Of a DNA stretch of 42,414 bases, positions 23,640-31,987 are shown piece after piece. This DNA is from an uncultured Solibacteraceae bacterium (lineage in GTDB: Bacteria; Acidobacteriota; Vicinamibacteria; Vicinamibacterales; SCN-69-37), in the NCBI GenBank assembly GCA_964517075.1, contig CAZFAT010000360.1, positions 1-42,414 of the forward strand. Reading direction: 5' to 3'. Every line of letters begins with the position of its first letter. Position 1 is the stretch's first letter. The position numbers were made by a program, and so were the translations under genes. The notes below the pieces were generated by a model, which had not been told where the DNA came from, ran no database searches, and saw nothing but the letters and a program-made list of their open reading frames with translations.

Positions 23640-26600
23640 TTAGAATCCCTGCCGGATCCCCACCTGCCACTGCAGGCTGCGGTCGTCGCGGTCGAGAGGC
23701 CGGGCAATCGAGAGTTCCACGGCGAACAGCCCGAATGCGTTGGCGCGGATCGCGGCGCCGATGCTGCGAACCAGGGCGCGCGCGCCGCCGGCGAACTCCG
23801 GCCGATCGACGTCGCTCCACGCAACCCCCGCATCCGCGAAGAACGCCACGTCGAAGGGCACGCGACCGTATTCGAGCGTGCCGGTGAACAGACCGGCCAG
23901 CGGCGCGCGCAGCTCGAGGTTCGCCACGAGCAGGCGGCTGCCGATCAGACTGCGGAACACGCCGCATTCGGCGCCGCCGGCGCCGCGCAGGCAGTCGGCC
24001 GCCGAAAACGAGCCCACGCCGTAGCCCCGGACGAACTCGGGATGACCCGCATACAGATTGACCAGCTGCGCGTCCTCGGAATTCTGTCCGTACCGGCCGT
24101 AGTGCAGCGCCCGCAGGGCCAGCGTAAAGGGCTCGACCGGCATGAAGTATCGCCGCCAGTCGACGAGCGCCGTCGTGTAGTTCAGCGTCCCGCCCGTCCG
24201 TCCCACCTCCAGACGGTACCGACCGCCATAGAGCGGGCTCGTGGCGCCGAAGAACGAGGTGTCGTGCACGAGCGCGGCGCGCGCCTGCCCCAGATACATG
24301 TTGGGCCCGAGGGACATCTCTTCTTCAACGATGCCGAGGAGCTCCCGCGTGGCGGTCACGTACGTGCCCGTGCGGATTTGACGCGTGAAGGACAAGGCGT
24401 GCAACCCGCCGGCGAACTCGACGCGGGTCGACCCGTTGAACGGGTACGACGTCATGCCAAACGCGCCGCGGCTCGGCTGTCGCTCGATCGTCTCGGTCAC
24501 CGTGGTCTGGCCTGTCGCGGGATCGTCGCGGCGGGACAGGTACCCAATGCGATAGGGCGCGACCTCGACGGCGGTCGCCCAGTTCCAGCGATGCCGGCGA
24601 TTGACGTACACGATCTGGCCGCCGAAGTCCGCCAGCCGGCCTGACACCTCGCCGGAGACACCGAGCGCCCGGTCGCCCAGCATGTCGCTGAAGAACGCGG
24701 AGACGGCACCGCTCACGGTTCCGCCGAACTGGTTGACGCCCACACCGACCGACGGCTGACCGATGGCGTCGAGCATCAGCTTCTCGCGGTAGGGCTCGGC
24801 CGCGGCGACCGATCCGGCCGCCGGCAGGCCCCGCATCGGATCGGCCAGCAGGCGCTGCACGTCGCCCGTGGGACTCGCCGGACTGGCCGGGCCCTCGGCA
24901 CGCGCCGGCGCCGTCCCCGGCAGCACGGCCGCCACCGGCGTCGCCAGTGGCGCGACGAGCGCCACCGTATCCGCCGGATCGAGCGCGTAAATCGAATGCC
25001 CGTCGTCCTCGAACACGCTGAAGACGAGCCGGCCGGACGTGGCCGAGGCGCTCAGCGCCGGACTGACCGTCGTGATCCCGGCAATGCCCGTCGGGACGGA
25101 CGACAACCGCTCGATGGGGCCGCCGTCGATCGACATGCGATAGAGGTTGCTCACGCCATCAGGGTCGGCGATGAAGGTGACGAGGGTGCCGTCGGCGGAC
25201 ACCTGCGGGCTGAGGTGCTTGCCGCGGAGAAACGCCGGAATGGGACTGACCTGCCGCGTGGCCAGATCGAGCCGCGCGAGCCGCAGCGCCCCTGCTTCGA
25301 GCGTGGCCAGATTCGTGCTGAAGCGCTCGGTGACGAAGACCACGCTACGGCCGTCAGGCGTGAACATGGGCTCGAGATCGGCGAATGCATCCTCGGTGAG
25401 ACGCTCCACGCGTGCCGTCTCGAGCCAGAGGCGATACAGATCCACGAGGCCGCCCGCGTGGCCGCTCACCACGACCGACTGTCCGTCGGGCGCGAAGGCG
25501 GGATTGCGCGCGTCATCGAGACCCGCGACCTTGAGTTCGCGTGTGACCCGACCGCGCGCCGGATCGATGAAGACGACGACCGGCCGTCCCCCGCGAATGG
25601 CCGTGACGACCAGCGTCCGGCCGTCGGGGCTCCAGCCGCCGGCGGAGTTCAGGAACTCGAGGCTGTCGAAGTGCGGATCGGTGGCGGTCTGCAGGAGCTT
25701 GCGCTCCACCCGGCCAGTCGCGACATCCGCGAGGAACAGCTCGACGGCGAAGCGGCCTCGCTCCGAGAAGAACGCCACGCTCCGGCCATCGGGGCTGACG
25801 CGGGGGCCGACGTTGAAGCGACCGCCGCCGGTGGCCGCACTGACCACCAGGCGCGGCCGGCTCGTGACGGCCGACACCTCGGCCATCACGGCCGCGGTCG
25901 CCTCCTGAATCGCGTCATGCCAGCCGGCCGTGAACGTGTCGGCGTCGGTGCCGAGCTGCCGCATGAAGCCGTCGAGGTCGAAGCGCGGGTTGGCGGCGGA
26001 TCGGATCAGCGACGCCACGGCGCGGTCTCCGTACTTCGCGCCGATATACGCCCAGAAGGCGTGCCCCCACCGATAGGGAAAGAAGCGTCCGTCGTTCAGA
26101 TCGCGGACGTGTGGCAGCTTCTCCCGCAGCGCGGCATCGCGCAGCCACATCGCCGTCTGCGCGTCCACCGGACCGAGCGAGAGGTACTCGGCCATGCCCT
26201 CGACGAACCAGAGGGGAAAGGCCAGGATGCCGGGCGCGCCGCTGGCGGTCTCCCGGGGGTCGGTGCCGGTCAGGTCGAACTGGAAGGCGTGCACCAGCTC
26301 GTGGCCCAGGACGTGGTCGGTGTCGGCGAGCGATCCGGACATCGGCAGCACGACGCGGCGCTTGATGGCTTCGGTGACGCCGCCGGTGCCCTCGCCAATC
26401 AGCCCCTCGATGGCGTTGGTCTGGCGGAAGTGGGCGGCCGCCGCGTAGAGAATCACGGGCTGACGGCCGCGGAGCTGGTGGCCGAAGAAGCGCGACAGGC
26501 GTGCGTGCCAGCGCTCGGCCATGCGGGCCACGGTGTCCGCCGCCTCCGCTTCCTCCGGATAGAAGTACAGGTCGAAGTGCTCGGTGCGCAGGATCTGGAA

Positions 26601-26738
26601 CTCGAACCCGCGATACTGCACCTTGTTGCGGCCGAAGTACTGGCCAGCGGCGGTCGACGGCAGCGCCAGCAGCAGCAGCGCGGCGAGACAGAGGGCAAGC
26701 CGCGCCTGACAGGCGCTCGCGCGACGAAGGTTCAGCAT
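23640..26738 (-). CDS. outer-membrane fusion protein: signal peptide + Peptidase_MA-like HExxH domain + PD40/TolB-like beta-propeller repeats + Omp85-family (surface antigen) barrel
   Basis: HELVH (26289-26303) followed by WFVEGMAEY. Five SPDG/APDG/TPDG/SADG PD40-like repeats. The C-terminal roughly 380 aa carry the Omp85 L6 motif VRGY (24021-24032) and the terminal sequence WQVGIRQGF. Confidence 0.8.
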   Translation of the reverse strand: MLNLRRASACQARLALCLAALLLLALPSTAAGQYFGRNKVQYRGFEFQILRTEHFDLYFYPEEAEAADTVARMAERWHARLSRFFGHQLRGRQPVILYAAAAHFRQTNAIEGLIGEGTGGVTEAIKRRVVLPMSGSLADTDHVLGHELVHAFQFDLTGTDPRETASGAPGILAFPLWFVEGMAEYLSLGPVDAQTAMWLRDAALREKLPHVRDLNDGRFFPYRWGHAFWAYIGAKYGDRAVASLIRSAANPRFDLDGFMRQLGTDADTFTAGWHDAIQEATAAVMAEVSAVTSRPRLVVSAATGGGRFNVGPRVSPDGRSVAFFSERGRFAVELFLADVATGRVERKLLQTATDPHFDSLEFLNSAGGWSPDGRTLVVTAIRGGRPVVVFIDPARGRVTRELKVAGLDDARNPAFAPDGQSVVVSGHAGGLVDLYRLWLETARVERLTEDAFADLEPMFTPDGRSVVFVTERFSTNLATLEAGALRLARLDLATRQVSPIPAFLRGKHLSPQVSADGTLVTFIADPDGVSNLYRMSIDGGPIERLSSVPTGIAGITTVSPALSASATSGRLVFSVFEDDGHSIYALDPADTVALVAPLATPVAAVLPGTAPARAEGPASPASPTGDVQRLLADPMRGLPAAGSVAAAEPYREKLMLDAIGQPSVGVGVNQFGGTVSGAVSAFFSDMLGDRALGVSGEVSGRLADFGGQIVYVNRRHRWNWATAVEVAPYRIGYLSRRDDPATGQTTVTETIERQPSRGAFGMTSYPFNGSTRVEFAGGLHALSFTRQIRTGTYVTATRELLGIVEEEMSLGPNMYLGQARAALVHDTSFFGATSPLYGGRYRLEVGRTGGTLNYTTALVDWRRYFMPVEPFTLALRALHYGRYGQNSEDAQLVNLYAGHPEFVRGYGVGSFSAADCLRGAGGAECGVFRSLIGSRLLVANLELRAPLAGLFTGTLEYGRVPFDVAFFADAGVAWSDVDRPEFAGGARALVRSIGAAIRANAFGLFAVELSIARPLDRDDRSLQWQVGIRQGF

Positions 26739-26836
26739 CGCGTCATCCTCGGTCTCCCGGCGGCGGCGCCCATCGGGTCGGCGCGTTTCGGATAAGATGC
26801 GGTGGCCGCCCGGATCCGCCCGGGCGTCCCTCGATT

Positions 26837-27127
26837 ATGGCACCTGCCGCCGAGACACCACGACGGATGGTCTTCTGCGCGAAGCTGAAGCGCGACCTGC
26901 CCGGGCTCGACGCCCCGCCCTGGCCCGGCCCCCTCGGCCAGCGCATCTACGAACATATCTCCGAGGACGCCTGGGAGATGTGGGAGGAGCGGATGAAGAT
27001 GATCCTCAACGAGTATCGTCTGCTCCCCTTTCAGAAGGAAGCGCAAACCCTCATCGCCACGCAGATGGAGGAGTTCCTGTTTGGCGAGGACGCGGCGCCG
27101 CCGCCGGGATTCGTGGAGAAAGCTTGA
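26837..27127 (+). CDS. yggX: oxidative-damage protection / Fe(2+)-trafficking protein YggX
   Basis: MVFCAKLKRDLPGLDAPPWPGPLGQRIYEHISEDAWEMWEERMKMILNEYRL aligns with YggX. The start is ATG 26837 or ATG 26867. Confidence 0.8.
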   Translation: MAPAAETPRRMVFCAKLKRDLPGLDAPPWPGPLGQRIYEHISEDAWEMWEERMKMILNEYRLLPFQKEAQTLIATQMEEFLFGEDAAPPPGFVEKA

Positions 27128-27142
27128 AAGCCTGAGAAGCTC

Positions 27143-27158
27143 ACTTCTAACTGACTTC
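27143..27158. repeat. short copy of the TCTGACT-family element (ACTTCTAAC + TGACTTC)
   Basis: It equals 11642-11650 plus 11661-11667 with the intervening 10 nt absent. It lies just upstream of the POT gene start. Confidence 0.5.
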
Positions 27159-27165
27159 ATCGTCC

Positions 27166-28692
27166 ATGCCCCCTGCCAGCCGGCAGTTTTTCGGACACCC
27201 CCGCGGCCTCTCCACGCTGTTCTTCAGCGAGATGTGGGAGCGGTTCAGCTACTACGGGATGCGGGGGTTCCTCATCCTGTACATGACCGCGGCGGTCTCC
27301 GCCGGCGGCCTCGGCCTGGACACCGCGACCGCCGCCGCCATCTACGGCACCTACACGGCGATGGTGTATCTCATGAGCCTGCCCGGCGGCTGGCTAGCGG
27401 ACCGGCTGCTCGGCCAGCAGCGCGCCGTGCTGATCGGCGGCACGCTCATCGCGCTCGGGCACTTCTCGCTGGCCGTCCCGCTCGATCCCACCTTCTATCT
27501 GGGACTCGGGCTGATCGTACTGGGCACGGGACTCCTCAAGCCCAACATCAGCGTCATCGTCGGTCAACTGTACGGACCGCAGGATCTGCGGCGCGACTCG
27601 GGCTTCTCCATCTTCTACATGGGCATCAACGCCGGCGCGCTGCTCGGCCCGCTGGTGACCGGATTCCTCGCGCAGAGCGAAATGTTCCGAACCCAGCTCT
27701 CCGATTGGGGCCTGAATCCGAACGCCGCCTGGCACTGGGGGTTCGGGGCGGCTGGCGTGGGGATGACGCTGGGGCTTGTGCAGTACGTGCGGGGCCGGGC
27801 CCGGCTGGGCGACGCGGGCCTCCGTCCGGCCGCGTCCGCCGGCGACCGTGCCGTCGCCCTGCGCCAGTTCGCCGTCGCGACGGCGGTGTGCATCGCGCTC
27901 GTCGCGACATGGGCGGCGCTGGGCCAGATCGACGAGCGCCTGGCGATCACCACCGCGTCGTTCAGCACCGTGGCGGGCTATTCGCTACTCGTGATCACGG
28001 TCGTGTTCTTCGCGCGGCTGTTCCTCGACCGAAGCTGGACGCCTGACGAGCGGCGACGGCTGTCGCTGATCGTGGTGTTCTTCCTCACGTCCGCGCTGTT
28101 CTGGTCGGTCTTCGAGCAGGCGGGCTCCACGCTGAACCTGTTCGCGGACCGCAGCACGCGCAACGAGATCTTCGGCGCCGCGTTTCCGAGCAGCTGGTGG
28201 CAGTCGTTCAATCCGCTCGGCATCATCGTCTTCGGGCCCGTCTTCGCCTGGCTGTGGATCCGGCTCGGCCGCCGGCAGCCGTCGACGCCCACCAAGTTTG
28301 CCCTGGGCCTGCTCGGTGTGGGACTCGGCTTTCTCGTACTCGTCCCCGCCGCTGCCATGGCTTCGACCGGCGTGCAGGTCGGTGCGTTCTGGCTAGCCGG
28401 CGTCTACCTTCTGCACACATGGGCCGAGCTGTGCCTGAGCCCGGTCGGCCTGAGCGCGATGACCCGCCTCGCCCCCGCCCGCATCGTCAGCCTGATGATG
28501 GGGGTGTGGTTCCTGGCCACGTCCGTGGGCAACTACGCGGGGGGACAGATGGCCGCGCTCTACGGGGCGATGCCGCTCGAGCGGCTGCTTCTCTCCGTCG
28601 CATTGCTCCCCATCGCCGCGGGGATCGTGATGCTCCTCGCGCGACGGCCGTTGACGCGACTGATGGGAGCGGACCAGCCAGCGATAGGATGA
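27166..28692 (+). CDS. proton-dependent oligopeptide transporter (POT/PTR2 family)
   Basis: FFGHPRGLSTLFFSEMWERFSYYGMRGFLILYM is the PTR2 signature. About 14 TM helices. Confidence 0.9.
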   Translation: MPPASRQFFGHPRGLSTLFFSEMWERFSYYGMRGFLILYMTAAVSAGGLGLDTATAAAIYGTYTAMVYLMSLPGGWLADRLLGQQRAVLIGGTLIALGHFSLAVPLDPTFYLGLGLIVLGTGLLKPNISVIVGQLYGPQDLRRDSGFSIFYMGINAGALLGPLVTGFLAQSEMFRTQLSDWGLNPNAAWHWGFGAAGVGMTLGLVQYVRGRARLGDAGLRPAASAGDRAVALRQFAVATAVCIALVATWAALGQIDERLAITTASFSTVAGYSLLVITVVFFARLFLDRSWTPDERRRLSLIVVFFLTSALFWSVFEQAGSTLNLFADRSTRNEIFGAAFPSSWWQSFNPLGIIVFGPVFAWLWIRLGRRQPSTPTKFALGLLGVGLGFLVLVPAAAMASTGVQVGAFWLAGVYLLHTWAELCLSPVGLSAMTRLAPARIVSLMMGVWFLATSVGNYAGGQMAALYGAMPLERLLLSVALLPIAAGIVMLLARRPLTRLMGADQPAIG

Positions 28693-28798
28693 CGGGCCGG
28701 GCGCGAACGAACGGTGGGCTGTCAGGACGGCCGGCGCGTGGCTGAGGGCGAACCGGCCCATGCCGATGGCACGGCCGTCTCCCGCCGGCGTAAGAACG

Positions 28799-28823
28799 GG
28801 GGGCTGCCAGACCAGCAGCCCCC
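28799..28823 (-). terminator. stem-loop GGGGGCTGC-N7-GCAGCCCCC after the small membrane-peptide gene
   Basis: 9-bp GC stem 4 nt beyond the stop at 28828. On the minus strand it is followed by CGTTCTTAC. It may act bidirectionally, since the POT gene ends at 28692. Confidence 0.45.
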
Positions 28824-28827
28824 GCGC

Positions 28828-28980
28828 TCAGACGACAGGTCGACGACCGCTGATCAGACCGACCACGAACAGCACGATCGCGATCACGAGGAGCGCGTGC
28901 ACGAACGAGCCGATCGTGTACGTACCTGCGATTCCAAGCAGCCACGCGATCAGCAGAATCACCGCGAGCGTATACAGCAT
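28828..28980 (-). CDS. lmo0937-family small membrane protein (50 aa)
   Basis: Own translation: MLYTLAVILLIAWLLGIAGTYTIGSFVHALLVIAIVLFVVGLISGRRPVV. GGAGGG lies about 7 nt upstream of ATG 28980. Below the size cut-off of the ORF track. Confidence 0.75.
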   Translation of the reverse strand: MLYTLAVILLIAWLLGIAGTYTIGSFVHALLVIAIVLFVVGLISGRRPVV

Positions 28981-29121
28981 GGGTCACCCTCCGGGGACCT
29001 CACGGTGCAAACGAGGTGCCGGCTCCGCGCGGTGGGGACCTGGCAAACCGTTACCCAAATCGGCCGGCGGGAGCAACTCTGTGGCGCGGGCCGGGCCCGC
29101 GAGGCGCGAGAGAATGACGCC

Positions 29122-29991
29122 ATGCTTCCCCACGTCCTCCTCCTTTCCGCTGTGACTCTCTGGGGATGGACCTTCGTGTTTACGAAGATGCTGGTGGCGG
29201 AGCTCGGCGCGGTCGAGATCTTCGCGCTGCGTCTGGCAATCGGGCTGCCGTTCGTTGGCGGCATCCTGCTCGTCAGACGGGTCCCAGTCCGGCTCACGCG
29301 CGCCGACCTCTGGCCCGTGCTCCTCGGCAGCGCCGTCTTCACCCTGCACGTCCTCGTGCAAATCGAGGGACTCGAGACGACCACCGCAACCAATACGGGA
29401 TGGATCATTGCCGTCTCGCCGCTGGCCCTTGCCGTGCTCTCGTTCGCGTTCCTCGGCGAGCGGATCGGGCGGGCGGGCGTTGCCGGCATCGCGATCGCCA
29501 CGACGGGGATCGTGCTGCTCGTCTCGCGCGGTCGCCTCGCCAACCTCGACTGGCTCCGCAGCACCGGCGACTGGCTCGTGCTGGCCTCGGCGCACACGTG
29601 GGCCATCTACACCGTGCTGACACGCAATCTCGTTCAGCGGCGCGACCCGTTGGCCGTCACCTTCGCGGTCCTGGTCGTGGCCTCGGTTCTCACGGCCGTG
29701 CTCGTCATCACGTCGGCCGACCTCTCTCGCGTGGGCTCACTCTCGCCACGCGGCATCGCGGCGGTGCTGTATCTGGGAATTCCCGGCCTGGCGCTCGGGC
29801 AGTGGTTCTGGCAGGAGGGCGTCGCCCGGCTGGGCGCGACGCGCGCGGGCGTGTACCTCTATCTCGAACCGCTGGCCACGCTGGCGCTCGCCGGGCCCCT
29901 CCTCGGTGAACCGTTCGGGCCGATTGCGATGCTCGGCGGCGCCCTGGTGCTGGCGGGCGTGTACCTCGCCCAACGCAAGCGACGCGTCTGA
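29122..29991 (+). CDS. DMT superfamily (EamA-like) transporter
   Basis: ATG 29122 lies within track ORF 28714..29991. About 10 TM helices in two EamA-like halves. GAGAAT lies 6 nt before the ATG. Confidence 0.8.
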   Translation: MLPHVLLLSAVTLWGWTFVFTKMLVAELGAVEIFALRLAIGLPFVGGILLVRRVPVRLTRADLWPVLLGSAVFTLHVLVQIEGLETTTATNTGWIIAVSPLALAVLSFAFLGERIGRAGVAGIAIATTGIVLLVSRGRLANLDWLRSTGDWLVLASAHTWAIYTVLTRNLVQRRDPLAVTFAVLVVASVLTAVLVITSADLSRVGSLSPRGIAAVLYLGIPGLALGQWFWQEGVARLGATRAGVYLYLEPLATLALAGPLLGEPFGPIAMLGGALVLAGVYLAQRKRRV

Positions 29992-30013
29992 GCCTCGATA
30001 ACGAGCCGGCTGC

Positions 30014-31462
30014 TCAGGGCTTCGGCGTCGCGCCGCCTAGCGTCGTGACGAGCCGCCACAGAAACTCCTGCCCGTCGAAGAACTCGCGGATCCCGAGGCG
30101 TTCGTCGCGGCCGTGCGCGCGCACGTCGTCCATGTCGCCGAAGAGCCCCGAGACGCCGTAGATAGGGACGCCCGCCTCGCGGAAGAACAATCCGTCTGTC
30201 GCGCCCGTACTCATGAATGGAATCACGGGCACGCCGGGCCACAGCTGATCCGTGATCCGCGTGATGGTCTGCATGATCTCCGGCGTCAGCGGCGACGGCG
30301 GACTGGGCTTCGCCGTCTCCACCGGCGTCAGGGTGAGCTTCGGGTTCGCCATGACCTCGGTGAGGGTGCGCTGCACGGCCTGCGGATCCTCGCCGGGCAG
30401 CACGCGGCAGTTGATATTCGCCGTGGCGCGCTGCGGCAGCGCGTTCAGCGCATGGCCCGCGGTCACCATCGTGGCCACGCACGTCGTACGCAACATCGCG
30501 TTGTAGAGGGGCACGGTGCTGAGGCGGGCGACCACGGCCGGGTCGGGTGTGCCGGGCCGAGCGACGGCCGTGAAGTCCGCCGCGGCCGGCCCGGGCTCCA
30601 CGCCCGCCATGCCGGTGAAGTACGCGCGCGTGACCTCGTTCAGCGTCGCAGGAAACGCAAATGCCCCGACGCGCGCCAGCGCGGCGGCGAGCTCGTAAAT
30701 GGCGTTCTCGGGTTGAGGCATCGAACTGTGACCGCCCTTGTTCGTCGCCTCGAGGGTGTAATCCACGTACACCTTCTCGCTCGCCTGCACCGTGTTGGCG
30801 ATGCGTCGTCCGGCTTTCGCCTGGCCACCGCCGCCCTCGTTCAGCCCGTACTCGGCGTCGACGCGCGCGCGATGGTTCTCAAGCAGCCACCGCACCCCGT
30901 TCTGTTGCCCCCCTTCCTCATCGGCCGTCAACGCCAGCACGATGTCGCGGTCCGGCACGAGGCCTTGCTGCTTCATGCGAAGAAACGTCGCCACGAAAAT
31001 CGCCGCCATGGCCTTGTCGTCGGTGGTGCCTCGTCCGTAGAAGAACCCGTCCTTCTCGGTCAAGCGGAACGGATCGAGATCGGGCGACCAGTCCGCCCGG
31101 CTGGCGCCGACGACGTCCAGGTGGGCCAGCAGGAGAATGGGCTTGCGGCCGGCCGTGCGTCCCCGGTACCGCACGACCAGGTTGCCCTTCTTCGGCACCG
31201 GACCGCCGACGAAGAGGTCCTCTGCCGGGAACCCGGCGGCGCGGAGACGCGCCGCCATGGCTTCGGCGGCCACCGTCGTGTCGCCGTCGGCGTGCGTGGT
31301 GTTGATGTCCACCAGCTCCTTGAAGACGTCCCGGGCGAGCTGCTGATGAGGCTGAAGCGTCTGCGCCGCGACACCGGTCGGCACCACCTGGAGTCCCAGA
31401 ACGGCGACGACAACCACGAACATCCGGGCGGGGTGGGTCAGTGTCAGCATGGGCACGAGCAT
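30014..31462 (-). CDS. secreted M20/M25/M40 family metallopeptidase
   Basis: ATG 31462 (alternative 31450), then a signal peptide. LLAHLDVV, GRGTTDDK and LTADEEGG are M20 metal-ligand motifs. The upstream part of track ORF 30014..32020 is rejected. Confidence 0.82.
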   Translation of the reverse strand: MLVPMLTLTHPARMFVVVVAVLGLQVVPTGVAAQTLQPHQQLARDVFKELVDINTTHADGDTTVAAEAMAARLRAAGFPAEDLFVGGPVPKKGNLVVRYRGRTAGRKPILLLAHLDVVGASRADWSPDLDPFRLTEKDGFFYGRGTTDDKAMAAIFVATFLRMKQQGLVPDRDIVLALTADEEGGQQNGVRWLLENHRARVDAEYGLNEGGGGQAKAGRRIANTVQASEKVYVDYTLEATNKGGHSSMPQPENAIYELAAALARVGAFAFPATLNEVTRAYFTGMAGVEPGPAAADFTAVARPGTPDPAVVARLSTVPLYNAMLRTTCVATMVTAGHALNALPQRATANINCRVLPGEDPQAVQRTLTEVMANPKLTLTPVETAKPSPPSPLTPEIMQTITRITDQLWPGVPVIPFMSTGATDGLFFREAGVPIYGVSGLFGDMDDVRAHGRDERLGIREFFDGQEFLWRLVTTLGGATPKP

Positions 31463-31537
31463 AGCCCGGACGGGTAGCCCAGGCACCCGGCGATTTGCGC
31501 CCCTCCGCGGCGTCGAGGATAATCCGCCCGACTCCTC

Positions 31538-31987
31538 ATGAATGTGCTCTGGTGGCATTGGATTGTCTTCGGGCTGATTCTCACCCTGGGTGAGATTGCC
31601 ACGCCGGGCGGCTTCTTCCTCCTCTTCTTCGGCACGGCGGCCATCATCGTCGGCCTGCTGGACGTCGCGGGAGTGGCCCAGGCCCTCTGGGTGCAGCTCG
31701 CGCTGTTCTCGATCCTCTCGATCGGCTCGCTCGTGCTGTTCCGCGGCCGGCTCCAGCAGCGGCTCAATCTCGATTCGCAGCTCCAGCCGGCGGTGGACCA
31801 GCTCGTCGGTGAGATCGGCGTCGTCGCGAGCGAGCTCGGGCCGGGCGCCATCGGCAAGGTCGAAGTGCGAGGCGCCGCCTGGTCGGCCCGCAACACGTCC
31901 GACGCGGTCCTGAGCCCGGGCACCCGCTGCCGCGTGCTGGCCGTCGACGGACTGATGCTCGACGTTGCTCCAGAGAGGAATCCCTGA
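31538..31987 (+). CDS. NfeD family membrane protein
   Basis: N-terminal TM helices plus a C-terminal OB-like segment (GKVEVRGAAWSARN...RCRVLAVDGLMLDV). The stop overlaps the SPFH gene start (TGATG). GATAAT at 31518-31523 lies 14 nt upstream. Confidence 0.8.
   Translation: MNVLWWHWIVFGLILTLGEIATPGGFFLLFFGTAAIIVGLLDVAGVAQALWVQLALFSILSIGSLVLFRGRLQQRLNLDSQLQPAVDQLVGEIGVVASELGPGAIGKVEVRGAAWSARNTSDAVLSPGTRCRVLAVDGLMLDVAPERNP

Noticed and set aside
24996-26795. 599-aa plus-strand ORF antisense to the Omp85-fusion gene. The same applies to 10353..11642(+), 12810..14213(+), 14991..16421(+), 3331..4731(+), 37932..39011(-), 40352..41725(-), 38168..40450(+) and 35166..36047(+).
   Set aside because: All lie opposite or out of frame to genes with strong family motifs. 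They have Arg/Gly/Asp/His-rich low-information translations and no SD or promoter signal.
26797-27135. Track ORF 26797..27135(+) starting at the ATG inside GATAAGATG
   Set aside because: It is out of frame with the clear YggX homology and translates to an Arg/Pro/Ala-rich sequence.
29040-29060. Sigma-54-like element TGGCAAACCGTTACC upstream of the EamA gene
   Set aside because: The GG and GC elements are offset by one position from TGGCAC-N5-TTGC, and the -12 element reads TTAC. No enhancer-binding protein is nearby. The GAGAAT-6-ATG leaderless-type signal explains the start better.
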